64,000 nucleotides of DNA. Origin: Octopus vulgaris. Taxonomy: Eukaryota. Below the pieces are notes generated by a model that did no database searches, had not been told where the DNA came from, and saw only the letters and a program-made list of their open reading frames with translations. The position numbers and the translations under genes are program-made. The stretch spans positions 42,780,001-42,844,000 of the forward strand of contig OX597828.1 in NCBI GenBank assembly GCA_951406725.2. The letters run 5' to 3'. Shown piece after piece: positions 12,781-25,655 of the stretch (the first letter of the stretch is position 1; each line of letters starts with the position of its first letter).

Positions 12781-13498
12781 GGATCTTTACCTTTTTACCT
12801 ACAGATTTAAAAAATTATTTTTTGTAAACACTTTCAAACTTCGGACACTGGTAGAATGTATCATATAAAACATATTTTACTCTTAGCATTTTTGAGAAAA
12901 ACTTATATTTATGTTATTTCACGTTAAAGTTGTCGTATTTCGGTAATTTCAACCAATGATAAGAGTAAAAGATGCTTTATATGTCACATTCTACGGATCT
13001 TTTCGGTTTGAACGGCAGTTTTTTCTAGCGGCGTCGTATGAAATAGTCACCCATAATTATGACCCTAGTATCGATCTATTGCATTTCAATCTGTTTTAGG
13101 GTTAGGGTTAGGGGTGGGTGGAAGGTTATCTTTTTTTCTTCATATATGTAAATAAACCCAATCTGTTTCTTAGACGATTGACATATTCATACGGCACAGA
13201 ATGTTTTTTAACTCAATGGACGTCTTCGATTGGTTGAAATTGCAGAAATTGAAGAAAAACAACAACAAATATCTTACAAACTATAGAATTTTCTCAATAA
13301 AGCCAAGAGAAAAAGATGTTTAATAAACACATTCTACCAGTATACGAAGTTTAAAAGTATTTAGTTACGTGGAAGTTATTTAAAAAAAACTGCCGTTCAA
13401 ACCGAAAAGATCCCATTCTACTAGTGTCCGAAGTTTTGAAAGCGTTTAGTTACAAAAAATTATTTTTTAAATCTGTAGGTCAAAAGGTAAAAAGAACC
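12781..13498. mobile_element. MITE (outer), GG...CC termini, 8-bp TSD, Merlin-like
   Basis: Long imperfect TIRs ggatctttacctttttacctacagattt / aaatctgtaggtcaaaaggtaaaaagaacc; TSD aaatggtg at 12773-12780 and 13499-13506. Confidence 0.88.
12995..13413. mobile_element. MITE (inner), nested in the outer MITE, 8-bp TSD, Merlin-like
   Basis: Perfect TIR ggatcttttcggtttgaacggcagtttttt / aaaaaactgccgttcaaaccgaaaagatcc; TSD cattctac at 12987-12994 and 13414-13421. Confidence 0.92.
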
Positions 13499-13767
13499 AA
13501 ATGGTGAGGTTGTATTTGAATTAGAAACCATTATTATGGTAATATATTAGCAAAATGCTATATGTAGAATGCCTGTAATGCCTTTGTTTAGTTATAGTCC
13601 TGTACGCGCAGAGGTCGAATCCTGTCGTAGACAGCTTTACATTTTATCATTCTGTAGTTGATAACATCAAAAAAAAAATCTAGTCATGTGCTGGGGGTCA
13701 ATCTATGAGGTTAACGCTTACACTCAGAATTTTCTTCTTGTACTGATTTTAGAAATTATTACAAGAG

Positions 13768-14142
13768 GGCGTAAGAGTGGCTGTATGGTAAATAGCTTGT
13801 TTACCAGCCACATGGTTCCGGGATCAGTCCCACTGCGTGGCACCTTCGGCAAGTGTCTTCTACTATAGCCTCGGGCCGACCAAAGCCTTGTGAGTGGATT
13901 TGGTAGACGGAAACTGAAAGAAGCCCGTCGTATATATGTATGTATGTAACCTCGTGAAGACCACTTACATTTTTTTCCCTCTGTCCTCCCACCTCGGGAT
14001 CTTTCTTTCTCCTATGTTTCCGACGAAGAGCTCCGCTCGAAACGTCATACCCTCCTTCTTCCCTTCTTTCCTGAGCGCCCAATAATACTTTATTTGTTCC
14101 ACATCCTCGCGTTGTTGTCTTTTTGTTTTCTTGTTTGGATTA

Positions 14143-14173
<31 letters not shown>

Positions 14174-14390
14174 GCGTGTGTGTGTTTGTGTGTCTGCGTT
14201 TGTTCCCCCAACATCGCTTGACAACCGATGCTGGTGTGTTTACGTCCCCGTAACTTAGCAGTTCGGCAAAAGAGACGGATAGAATAACTACTAGGCTTAC
14301 AAAGAATAAGTCCTGGGGGTCGATTTGCTCGACTAAAGGCGGTGCTCCAGCATGGCCACAGTCACATGACTAAAACAAGTAAAGTAAGAG
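13768..14390 (+). mobile_element. SINE family A, full length, with hammerhead-bearing insert (about 13945-14145)
   Basis: Head and tail match 15271-15845; insert homologous to 10880-11087. Confidence 0.88.
14016..14050 (+). ncRNA. Minimal type I hammerhead motif, degenerate
   Basis: gttt-CCGACGA-a-gagc(tcc)gctc-GAAACGTC-atac; U4 changed to C. Confidence 0.55.
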
Positions 14391-15270
14391 CGTGAAATTG
14401 ACAGAATCCTTAGAGTAATGGCTACTGTGTGTTGTGGATTATGCCCCGGCAATTTATGCATTGAGTTTAAATCCTGTCACGGACTTTTAATATTATAAAT
14501 GAAGTACTAATTACCTACTGGGGCCAAGTTAATCCATTAAGCATCCCTACCCTAAATTTATAGTCGTCTACGTATGCTGTCCATAAAGTATCTTTACAAT
14601 CTCCACACTTCCATACTACAAATTGTAAAACTAATTTATGGATACCAAACATTACTGTGGCAATGTTGTATTACCCGATGCATTTACTGCTTAAAGCGTG
14701 TAATAAGTGGTAAAAAAAAACTATTGTTTCCTTCGCTAAATAACGAAATAAAAATAAATTTTGGAGAGGATTTAATATGTTTTCGATTTCCCCCACTACA
14801 ATTTGTGGTTGACATAGATATAAATTTACTTTCTTTTTTGATATATGTTCAACGAAGCGTTGTTTATTTCGACCTCTCTAACTATCCACGGTGAAACATA
14901 CCGAGTTATCTAATTATTTTATCTTCTCATAATAAACTGGTTTTGCCCTACTTTTTGTTTCCATTTCACAGTTCTATTTTACAAGTAAATACCAGCCATT
15001 CATGTTCACAACCATATTAATGTCACCTGTAACCTGTATCATATTTTTTATTCGATTTTCTTTTCACATAAAGTATACTTTACTAATATAGTGTTCATCT
15101 GATTGCTCCATCTCAGCTAAACGGTGGATGGCAGTTTAACGAAACATATTCGATTCTTTGGGACATTTACAGCAGTTTCTATGCAGCGATTCGAGTGAAG
15201 TGAAGAATCCGTTTATCTCGTTAACCTCCACCTCCACATGATCGATAACTGGAGTGGAAAATGTACAATA

Positions 15271-15845
<575 letters not shown>

Positions 15846-15911
15846 AATGCAATCACACCAAACACCACCCAGTTATATAGTTCTGAGGCTGCTTACGGTA
15901 GAATAATCTAT

Positions 15912-17000
15912 ACTGTACTGTTTTACACACATAAACGAAGAAGTGCTGAAAAGCTCCCGGCTCTAAGGGTATCGCGCATGGCCTGGTTGGCAGTCTCACC
16001 TTCCAAGTTCTTTTACAAGGGCTTAGAAAACCCGAAGGACTGCTGCAATAAGTGTGTGAACCTGAGAGGAGGAACATGTTGGATAAAATCATAATTAACT
16101 GATCCTCCTGTATTTTCATTTACCCAAACTGTACTGTTTCACCCACATAAACGAAGAAGTGCTGAAAAGCTCCCGGCTCTAAGGGTATCGCGATCGGCCT
16201 GGTTGGCAGTCTCACCTTCCAAGTTCTTTTACAAGGGCTTAGAAAACCCGAAGGACTGCTGCAATAAGTGTGTGAACCTGAGAGGAGGAACATGTTGGAT
16301 AAAATCATAATTAACTGATCCTCCTGTATTTTCATTTACCCAAACTGTACTGTTTCACCCACATAAACGAAGAAGTGCTGAAAAGTTCCCGGCTCTAAGG
16401 GTATCGCGCATGGCCTGGTTGGCAGTCTCACCTTCCAAGTTCTTTTACAAGGGCTTAGAAAACCCGAAGGACTGCTGCAATAAGTGTGTGAACCTGAGAG
16501 GAGGAACATGTTGGATAAAATCATAATTAACTGATCCTCCTGTATTTTCATTTACCCAAACTGTACTGTTTCACCCACATAAACGAAGAAGTGCTGAAAA
16601 GCTCCCGGCTCTAAGGGTATCGCGATCGGCCTGGTTGGCAGTCTCACCTTCCAAGTTCTTTTACAAGGGCTTAGAAAACCCGAAGGACTGCTGCAATAAG
16701 TGTGCGAACCTGAGAGGGGGAATATGTTGGATGAAATCATAATTAACTGATCCTCCTGTATTTTCATTTACCCAAACTGTACTGTTTCACCCACATAAAC
16801 GAAGAAGTGCTGAAAAGCTCCCGGCTCTAAGGGTATCGCGCATGGCCTGGTTGGCAGTCTCACCTTCCAAGTTCTTTTACAAGGGCTTAGAAAACCCGAA
16901 GGACTGCTGCAATAAGTGTGCGAACCTGAGAGGAGGAACATGTTGGATGAAATCATAATTAACTGATCCTCCTGTATTTTCATTTACCCAAAAGCCAGGA
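15912..17000 (+). repeat. Tandem array of five 216-bp units derived from a mariner-type MITE
   Basis: Units start at 15912, 16128, 16344, 16560, 16776; + strand reads AWLAVSPSKFFYKGLENPKDCCNKCVNLRG(EYVG*), like a mariner transposase C-terminus; array ends aaagccagga, complementary to the tcccggctct end motif in each unit. Confidence 0.9.
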
Positions 17001-17617
17001 GATTAGAAAGTAAAGACGGAGGAAATGCCGCTAAGCAATTTATCCGGCATGTTAACGATTCTGCCAGCTTGCCGCCCGGGAAAGGTTCTGCTATTAAGAT
17101 TTTATGACGACGCTGATTTTTTCCTGAGAATTAATTATGTTAAGGATACAAGCGTTTGGGAAATGCTCAGCTTATGACTCAGCTAATGCAGTATTTTACT
17201 AACAAACGATTCCTAATGGTAGCTAAACCTTACTGTGAACCCAGTGGTATAGTGCCTAGCCAGTTCAGGCGACCTACATGTTGATATGCCTAGATTCTAA
17301 TGAATCCTTTAACTAATCCCTCTTCCTTTCTTTCTTTATAACTTTCTTTCTTTCCTTCTTTCCTTCCTTCTTTCTTTCCTTCTTTCCTTCCTTCCTTCCT
17401 TCCCTCCTTCTTCCTTTCTTTCTTTCCTTCCTTCTTTCTTTCTTCTTTCCTTCATTCTTTATTTCCTTCTTTCCTTCATCCCTTCTTTCTTTCCTTCTCT
17501 CCTTCCTTCTTTCTTTCCTTCTTGCTTTCTTTCCTTCTTTCCTTCCTTCCGTCTTTTCTTCTATCCTTCCTTCCTTCTTTCCTTCATTCCTTCTTTTCTT
17601 CCTTCCTTCTTTCTTTC

Positions 17618-17654
<37 letters not shown>

Positions 17655-17655
17655 A

Positions 17656-17728
<73 letters not shown>

Positions 17729-19344
17729 GTATGTGTGCGTGTATGTGTATGTGTGTGAGTGAGTGTATGTGTGTGAGTGAGTGTGTGTGTGTGTGTTTGT
17801 GTGTCTTTGTGACTAGTGTTGGGTTATTTATGTCCTTGCAACTTAGCAGTTCGGCAAAACAATAGGAAACATATATTTCCCCCCACACACACACAAAAAA
17901 AAAGACTGAGGACGATTTGTTCAACTAAACCCTTGAAAGCAATGCACCAGTATGGCCGCAGTCCAATGAGTGAAACAGGTATAAGACAAAAAAAAGAACA
18001 AAAAACAAATAAACGAACCTAATAATAATAATAATAATAATAATAAAAAGCACCAAACAAAACAAACACCTAAATAAAAAAAAGGCTCTTCTCGCCAGAA
18101 TTAACGAGCCGGGACAAGTCAACAACAACAACAAAAACAACACGCAACAACAATAAGAACGACAACAACAACAACAACAAAGACAACACGTAGCAGCAGC
18201 AGGAACAACAACAATCAGAAGAAGAAGAACAACAACAACAAAAACAACAGCAACAACAAAAGCAAGAATCAGAACAACAACCACAACGCGTAACGAACAA
18301 CTGAAAGCGTTGCAAAAACCTAACAACAGAGCAAATATATTATAAAGCTGAGAGTCGTGAGGTCATTAGTTGGTTTGTGAATAGTTTTGTTTCAAGTTTG
18401 CTTAATTTCGCGAGGATTTAATGTTTTTGTTAAGTTTGCCGCGTTTGTCTGGAAGCTATGCTTTTTATCTTTCCCCGACTACTAAAAACAGCTGGATTCA
18501 TTGAGTTTAAGCCTGGGACAGCAAACGTGACATGAGGTCCTTACGAAGATAATCTGGAACAGAACGCATTCAAGCACGTGTAGGTGAATGCACATGAGTG
18601 TGTGCTTGTGTGTGTGTGCTTGTGTGTGCTTGTGTGTGTGTGTGTGTGCGTGTGTGTGAGTACGTGTGTATAAATCTCTATGTTTATATAGACACATGCG
18701 TATATAAGATAAGATTTGTATGTATATGTTTATGCGCATATACATACATATATATATATACATACACACACATACACAAACACACATACATATATATACA
18801 TACATATATATACATACACACACATACATATATATACATACATATATATACATACACACACATACACAAACACACACACACAGACACACACACACACATA
18901 TATATATATATACGTATATATAGACGTGTACATGTATATATGTATCTCGGTCTCTTTTTATCTCTCCCTCTCTCTCTCTCTCTCTCTCTGTATATACGTA
19001 TAAGTATACGTGCATATATATTTCAGGCGTGGCTGTGTGGTAAGAAGCTTACTCCCGAATCACATGGTTCTGGGTTCAGTCCCACTGCGTGGCATCTTGG
19101 GGAAGTGTCTTCTACTATAACCCTTCGTATCGTCTGTCTGTCCGGATGTTTTATTGTCGTCTGTTGCGTTCTTGTTCCATTTTTAGGATTCATAGATACA
19201 CATAGCGGCGTACGTACACTTTTGCTCACCTTGTAAATATGTATCTAAATTCTGTACGACTCTTTTACTCTTTCTTTTAGTCTCCCGCATACTTTCTTCT
19301 TTCATTCCTCTTTTCTTTAACTCGCTCCCCCTCTCTCACATTTC

Positions 19345-19710
19345 TTGGCCTTCTCTTTCTTTAATTTCCCTACTTTTCCCCCCTTCGTTTATCTCCCTTG
19401 CACCTTTCTCTGTGTCCCTTTGATTTCCTCTCTTTCTCGCTCTTCCCCTAATTCTTCAATCCTTCTTCCCTCTACCTATCTCCTTTCCTTCCACGTGACC
19501 GGTGTTCGGCCAAGCATGATCTTTCTTTCTTGGTTCGACTTCCGGCCGCGAAGCATCGCTTATATTCCTGTCTAATGACTTTCATCTCTTACGTTCCTGC
19601 CTCAAGGTTTTCACTCTACTTACGCCAGCTCAACTTGAATCATCTTTATTGGTCGAAAGACACTTGTTATTTTCTTGTTGTTGGTAACTGTAATTGTGTA
19701 ACAACTTCTC
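19345..19710 (+). mobile_element. Upstream part of the family-2 ribozyme-bearing repeat (ribozyme not retained)
   Basis: ccacgtgaccggtgttcggccaagcatgatctttctttcttggttcg...gtcgaaagacac is homologous to about 36420-36640 (-); a 3'-end fragment of the same family lies at about 19120-19190. Confidence 0.7.
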
Positions 19711-19799
19711 TGTTAGATAAATGAGATAACTTAGATATGTTGCGGCCAAGGACACTCCCAGGCCATGTTTTACTTAATAGTATCACCTAACAAGACCTA

Positions 19800-20460
19800 C
19801 TAAGTCACTTTAAAGTCAAGTTTTGAAGCAGAGAGCTGTTGTTGACAGAGATGTGTCCAGCTATTGGTTGCTTCTATGGTATCCCTTGAAAAAAATTTTC
19901 CAGGTTTCGTCTGAAGGTGATGAGATCTGTTTCTGTTTTGATTAGTTTCGGGATGATGTTATATAGGAGCAGGGCTTGTTGAGGAAAAGAAATCGTGTTG
20001 CGATCAGTTTATGTGTTGTGAGTCTCAATTGTGTAGGGAGTGTATGGAATATTGCCCCAGCCTTTGATGAAATCTGAATGTAATGTTAAGGTCGACTGAG
20101 CAATGCTGGTGGTATATACTCCACATTGTGCAAATGGCGACGCCGAAGAGAATAAAGTTTCAATATTTAAGGCGGTCCTTCTACCGAGGTCGACTTTGCC
20201 TTTCAACTTTTCGCGGTCGATAATAAGCACCAGTTGAGCACTAGGGTCAATGTTATAGACTTGGCCAACCCCATCCTCGAAATTGTTCGCTTTGTGCCTA
20301 AATCTGAATTCATTATTTAAGGCGGTCCCAATTATCAAGATCAGTCATGCCCTAAATTTTTTAGTGAATGCTCTCTGGGGTGACTCAACTCTCGTAATGT
20401 TTTGTTTGGTGTGGGGAGACCACAGGCGGAAGTAGAATTCTAGGTGTGGCCGTAGGGTGT
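19800..20460 (-). mobile_element. CR1-group LINE ORF2 C-terminal remnant
   Basis: Minus-strand translations LRPHLEFYFRLWSPHTKQNITRVESPQRAFTK and NIIPKLIKTETDLITFRRNLENFFQGIP; stops and frameshifts. Confidence 0.7.
20179..20313 (+). mobile_element. SINE family B, 5'-truncated, 15-bp TSD
   Basis: TSD tatttaaggcggtcc at 20164-20178 and 20314-20328; interrupts the CR1 remnant. Confidence 0.85.
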
Positions 20461-20799
20461 TTATATACTTTCTATGTCATATCGAGCAATCTTTTATTAC
20501 AGTTGTTTTAACTATGATAACCTGCGCTTAACTAAGAAAGATATATAAGAAATATAGCAGTTTTCTTTCTAAATGTTGATAAACATACATTCTTGTAAAA
20601 TGCAATGAGTAACAGTTTAGCATTTAAAACAGCTACATCAAGCAGAAATATTCCCCTTTCCTTATGCACAACTGGCTTGACACGGCCACTCACACGTAAC
20701 CTACAATGTCATTCTAAAAGTAAATAACTTACGAGATAAAGTTTGATTTATACAAAACAATGTGAATAAAAAAAGCATTACATATGACAGAGTAATTAT

Positions 20800-21196
20800 A
20801 ATATTCTATTCTACTCTAGGCACAAGGCCGGAAATTTTGGGGGAGGCGGGTGGGGATGTTGATTAGATCGGCCCTAGTACGCAACTGGTACTTAATTAAC
20901 ACCCCCGAAAGGATGAAAGGCAAAGTCGACCTCGGCGGAATTTGAACTCAGAACGTAACGGCAGACGAAATACCTATTTCTTTACTACCCAAAAGGGGTT
21001 AAACACAAACAAGGACAGACAAACAGATTAAGTCGATTATATCGAACCCAGTGCGTAACTGGTACTTATTTAATCGACCTCGAAAGGATGAAAGGCAAAG
21101 TCGACCTCGGCGGAATTTGAACTCAAAACGTAGCGGCAGACGAAATACTGCTAAGCATTTCGCCCGGCGTGCTAACGATTCTGCCAGCTCGCCGCC
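20800..21196 (-). mobile_element. SINE family B, full head plus tandemly repeated body
   Basis: Head ggcggcgagctggcagaatcgttagcacgccgggcgaaatgc; body cgaaaggatgaaaggcaaagtcgacctcggcggaatttgaactc present twice. Confidence 0.88.
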
Positions 21197-21269
21197 TTAG
21201 AATAATTTGAATATTTAAGGGTCAATGTTAATTTTTTTAATATGTAACTTGACATAAAATCAAGTATTA

Positions 21270-21322
<53 letters not shown>

Positions 21323-21474
21323 TGTGTGTATGTGTGTGTGTGTATGTATGAGTATGTAAATATGTGTGTACATGTGAACACCGTCATTTTGGTTCGACTA
21401 AAATGCCTTCAAGGCGGTGCCTCAGCATGGCCGTAGTCTGGTGATTGAAACAATTAAAAGATAAATGATAAAAA

Positions 21475-21552
<78 letters not shown>

Positions 21553-21572
21553 GTGTGTGTGTGTGTGTTTAC

Positions 21573-21608
<36 letters not shown>

Positions 21609-21731
21609 GCACATATATATATATATATATATATAAATACATAGACCATATATGTATATACATATGTGTGTGCCTATATATACACACATGTCTATGTATA
21701 TCATTTACACACACACACACATACACATACA

Positions 21732-22540
21732 CAGAGGGTGCGATGGATAAATTGTCGCCATTTTATATTTTTAAATTCGTACATGTGCAGTGTTTGCTTT
21801 TGATTTTGTCGACTACACAGTATTGTAGGGTCAGTTGGGCACCGTCAGTGAGAAAAACAGCATAATGATGCAATTCACACCGCCAGAAATTTGGAAACGA
21901 CATGCTGTACTGCCTAGCATTCGCGCTGGAAGCTCAAATACGAACAGATGGTGAACACACAGTTCAATTGTTGGCTTGCCGTGTTCCCAAAACATCTACC
22001 GAGAATGATAAAAATCAAACAATCATGGTATTTGGAGATGATGTTATGCCTCCATCCATCTTCCCACAGACGCAATTTGGATACCTATATCAAGTGCCTG
22101 GACGAGATAGTGCTGCCCTGGATCAAGAGGGTGGCTGCTGGAAGACCCTGTGTCTAGCAACAGGACTCTGCACCTTGCCACACAGACAGGAGAACCCAGT
22201 CATATCGACTGGGTTCTCCTGCTTGTGTGACCCTAACATCATCCTTAACATTTGGTCATCTAACTCCCTAAACTGCAACCTCCTTCATTATTATGTGTGG
22301 AGCACAGTTGAGCGAGAGACCAACAAAACTCCTTCTAACACCGAAGACGAACTGACGGCAAGGATTGTGGCAATATTCACCAACATAAACAAGGAGACCT
22401 CCAGAAGAGTGGTTGAAGCCATTACTCTTTAGTATTTAGAGATATTTTTTATGTAATTTCAGTAATATCTGTTAAAATGAGATGTCAGTGTTATTTTCAG
22501 TTTTGCATAATTTAGACGACAATATATTAACCTCACCCTG
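21732..22540 (+). mobile_element. Tc1/mariner-superfamily (maT/DD37D-like) transposon remnant
   Basis: Fragments MVFGDDVMPP, YIKCLDEIVLPWIK, QQDSAPCH, IWSSNSLNCNLLHYYVWSTVERETN; degenerate TIRs ending caccctg-ta. Confidence 0.8.
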
Positions 22541-22556
22541 TACACATATATATATA

Positions 22557-23131
22557 CGAGCAAAACGCCCCCCGTCCAATGGACGGTGCTGAATCATATC
22601 TGCTGAATAAAAAGCTATCAGTGTTTTCTGTTCATTAGAAAATAATTAAGCATGCCTTTATTTCAATAAATTTTTTGGTTTTGTTAAACGAAGTTAAGGC
22701 AAAAAAAAAAAAAAAAAGAAATAAACTTCTTGAGAAACCATATTGTCTTTCCTTCCTTCATGCCAAGTTTGAAGAAAATATCTCTTTTGCATCATACTTT
22801 TTTGGCCTCTTAAATCTACTGCATTTTGTGGCATTATTTCAAGCCAGCCGGCTTTTTTTTTGCGCAAACTGCACGTGCATTTTTCTCGCGTACGCGTAGT
22901 ATCGATTGCAACTGCTGATGTACTTGCGCGTACAAATGCACGTTCCCACGGCTTTATCGATTGCATTCTCACCTGGAATCGATTTTTGCAATTTTTTTCA
23001 AGACTTATTATACACGCCCTGATACTGTCGGTATCTACATATCAAACTTGGGCGCAATCGGATGGAGGATGCCCGAGATCCTAGAAGGCACACACATACG
23101 CAGACAGACAGAACGGATTTTATATAATAGA
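22557..23131 (-). mobile_element. Non-autonomous Helitron-like element
   Basis: 5' TC start, gtct microsatellite near the 5' end, 3' hairpin ccgtcca-n-tggacgg (22572-22586), CTCG end (CTRR-like), inserted between A and T with no TSD. Confidence 0.75.
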
Positions 23132-23533
23132 TTTTTCACAATCACCTCCCCGCTTTGCGCTTTTCACCCACACCATTCCTCTCACAACATCAATTCGCCA
23201 ACATATTTTGAAGTTTGTAGACAGGCATGATTATATCGTCACAAGATCTGTCTGCACGTCACATTATGTCTGTCTGTACTTTTGTCTGTCTCTAAACATT
23301 GCACAATCTATCTCACCCCACACTTCTCTTTCTCCCTCTCTCTATCTATCTCTCTATCTATCCATCTATCTCACTCCCACTCACACTATAACTCTCTTTT
23401 ATTACGTATAAAAAAGTATCAGATTTATCCAGATAGTCGAGTGAGTGCAGAAACTCCTAATCAACGAGTGCAACAGGAGTTATTCAGACGTCGTCCAGAC
23501 GAGTGCATACAGATGTGATACTTTCAAGCTGCG

Positions 23534-23565
<32 letters not shown>

Positions 23566-23795
23566 GATAAACGTACGTCTCACTTCCTATTTACTGTGTA
23601 GCCGGCGTGTATATTTTTACATAAGGTTCTTTTATTTTCTTTTTTTTCCTTCGTTTGTTATCAGTGTTACTAAATCTTTTTGTTCCACGCTCCACTTCGA
23701 TTTCCCTCCCTTCCTTCTACCCACCTACCCTCAAAATACTTGCGTCCCACGATGAACAAATGATGTTAGAATCTCTTTCTCTCTCTCTCTCTCTC

Positions 23796-23842
<47 letters not shown>

Positions 23843-24104
23843 CATACATATATTTATATATATATATATATATATATACATACATATATATATATTATGT
23901 GCACGTGTATATATATGTGTATGTATGTATATAAATACATAGACAGACAGCCAAACAGACAGACAGACAGATAGATAGATAGATAGATAGATAAAAAGAG
24001 ATATATTTATATATACACACCTATACATATATATATATGTGTGTGTGCGTGTGTCTGTGGACACACACACACACTCACACAACGACACAGTCAAGGATTT
24101 ATGC

Positions 24105-24260
24105 ATTTCTTTCAGTTTCCGCCATCTACCAAATCCACTTACAGGTCTTTAGTCGGCCAGGGGCTATGGAAAAGACACTTGCTGAAGAAGCCATGCAGTG
24201 GGACTGAACCTGGAGCCATGTGGTTGGGTGCAAGCTTCCTACAATACAACTACGTCTGCA
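24105..24260 (-). mobile_element. SINE family A head, degenerate
   Basis: tttcagtttccgccatctaccaaatccact...gcagtgggactgaacc. Confidence 0.75.
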
Positions 24261-24288
24261 CCCATGGGTGTACTCATTGTACTCATAA

Positions 24289-24332
<44 letters not shown>

Positions 24333-25024
24333 AGACACAACACACATACCTTTATATATATATAAAACTGAGAATGTGTATGTGTCTGTCTGTCTGTCTG
24401 TGTGTTTCCCTAAAACTTGAGAACTACACAACCAATTTCATTCAAATTTTACACATGCCTTAATTAGGGTCCATGGAGTGTCATGGGCAACGCTCTGGGC
24501 GCCATTGGGCTCACTGTCCAAGGCTACGACACCACAGTGAGCGCTATGGCGTTGGTTTTACCGTAATCAGTAGCTTGGCTTGGCTTGGCTTGGCCAATAG
24601 TATTTTAGGCAACGATAACATGAAATAGGATTACATCGAAAACGAAATTGTTTTGCGAACAACGAAAGGAACAGAAGTAAAAACAAGACAGGTAACATAA
24701 AAACATGTGTGTGTATGTATGTGTATGTATGTGTATGTATATATATATGTGTTGGTGTGTGTGTATGTGTATTGGTGTATGCATGTGTATGTATGTACGT
24801 ATGTATGTATGCATGTGCACGTATGTATGTGCATATCTGTCTGTCAGTATGTGTATGTATGTGTATATATATATGTATGTGCATGTATGTACATGTATGC
24901 ATGTGCGTATATGTATATATGTGGATGTATGTATCTGTATATATGTATGTATGTGTATGTATGTGTTTGTATGTATGTGTATTTCTCTATGTGTATGTAT
25001 GTGTATGTATGTATATGCATGTAT

Positions 25025-25550
25025 GGATCTTTTCCTTTTGAACGGCAGATGTCAACACAATTTCTAGTTAACTAAACACTTTTAAACTTCGTATACTGGT
25101 AGAATGTGTTTATAAAACATCATTTTTTCTTGACATTATTGAGAAAATTCTATAGTTTGTAAGATATTTCGTCCGAAAATCCGAGCATTTCGGCAATTTT
25201 AATCAATCGATTACCTCCATTCAACTAAAATTATTTGCTGCGTCTAAAACTGAGACAACATCATGTAACTAACCGTAACCCTAATTTTTTTTTTCTTAAT
25301 TGTTAAATTAATTTAATTGTTACGCGTGTAAAAAAAAAAACGAAAGCAATGGAAAATGATTTAAACAATTAACAAACAAAATAATTTTATAATTTTATAC
25401 ACACGCTTTCCGTACGTATACGGAAAGCGTGTGTATGAAAGCGTGTGTATACGGAAAGCGTCTGTATGATGTTGTCTCAGTTTTAGACGCAGCAAATGAG
25501 TTTAGCTCAAAAGAGAGCATAGGATTGGTTAATATATATATATGGCAGAC
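25025..25550. mobile_element. Rearranged relative of the 12995-13413 MITE
   Basis: Starts ggatcttttccttttgaacggcag; shares aaacttcgtatactggtagaatgtg; internal inverted repeat about 25226-25264/25466-25505 and palindrome 25397-25436. Confidence 0.7.
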
Positions 25551-25565
25551 TGTTAAGTTCATACA

Positions 25566-25655
<90 letters not shown>

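Noticed and set aside
15853-16983. Five tandem 71-88-aa ORFs resembling a small-peptide gene cluster or a CRISPR-like array
   Set aside because: Units are near-identical with no unique spacers, and the opposite strand is a mariner transposase remnant; no hammerhead core found in the unit
23440-23515. Possible type II hammerhead (GAA-actcct...aggagt-U...CAGACGA)
   Set aside because: Stem III pairs, but stem I does not form and U4 is mutated; at most a decayed relic
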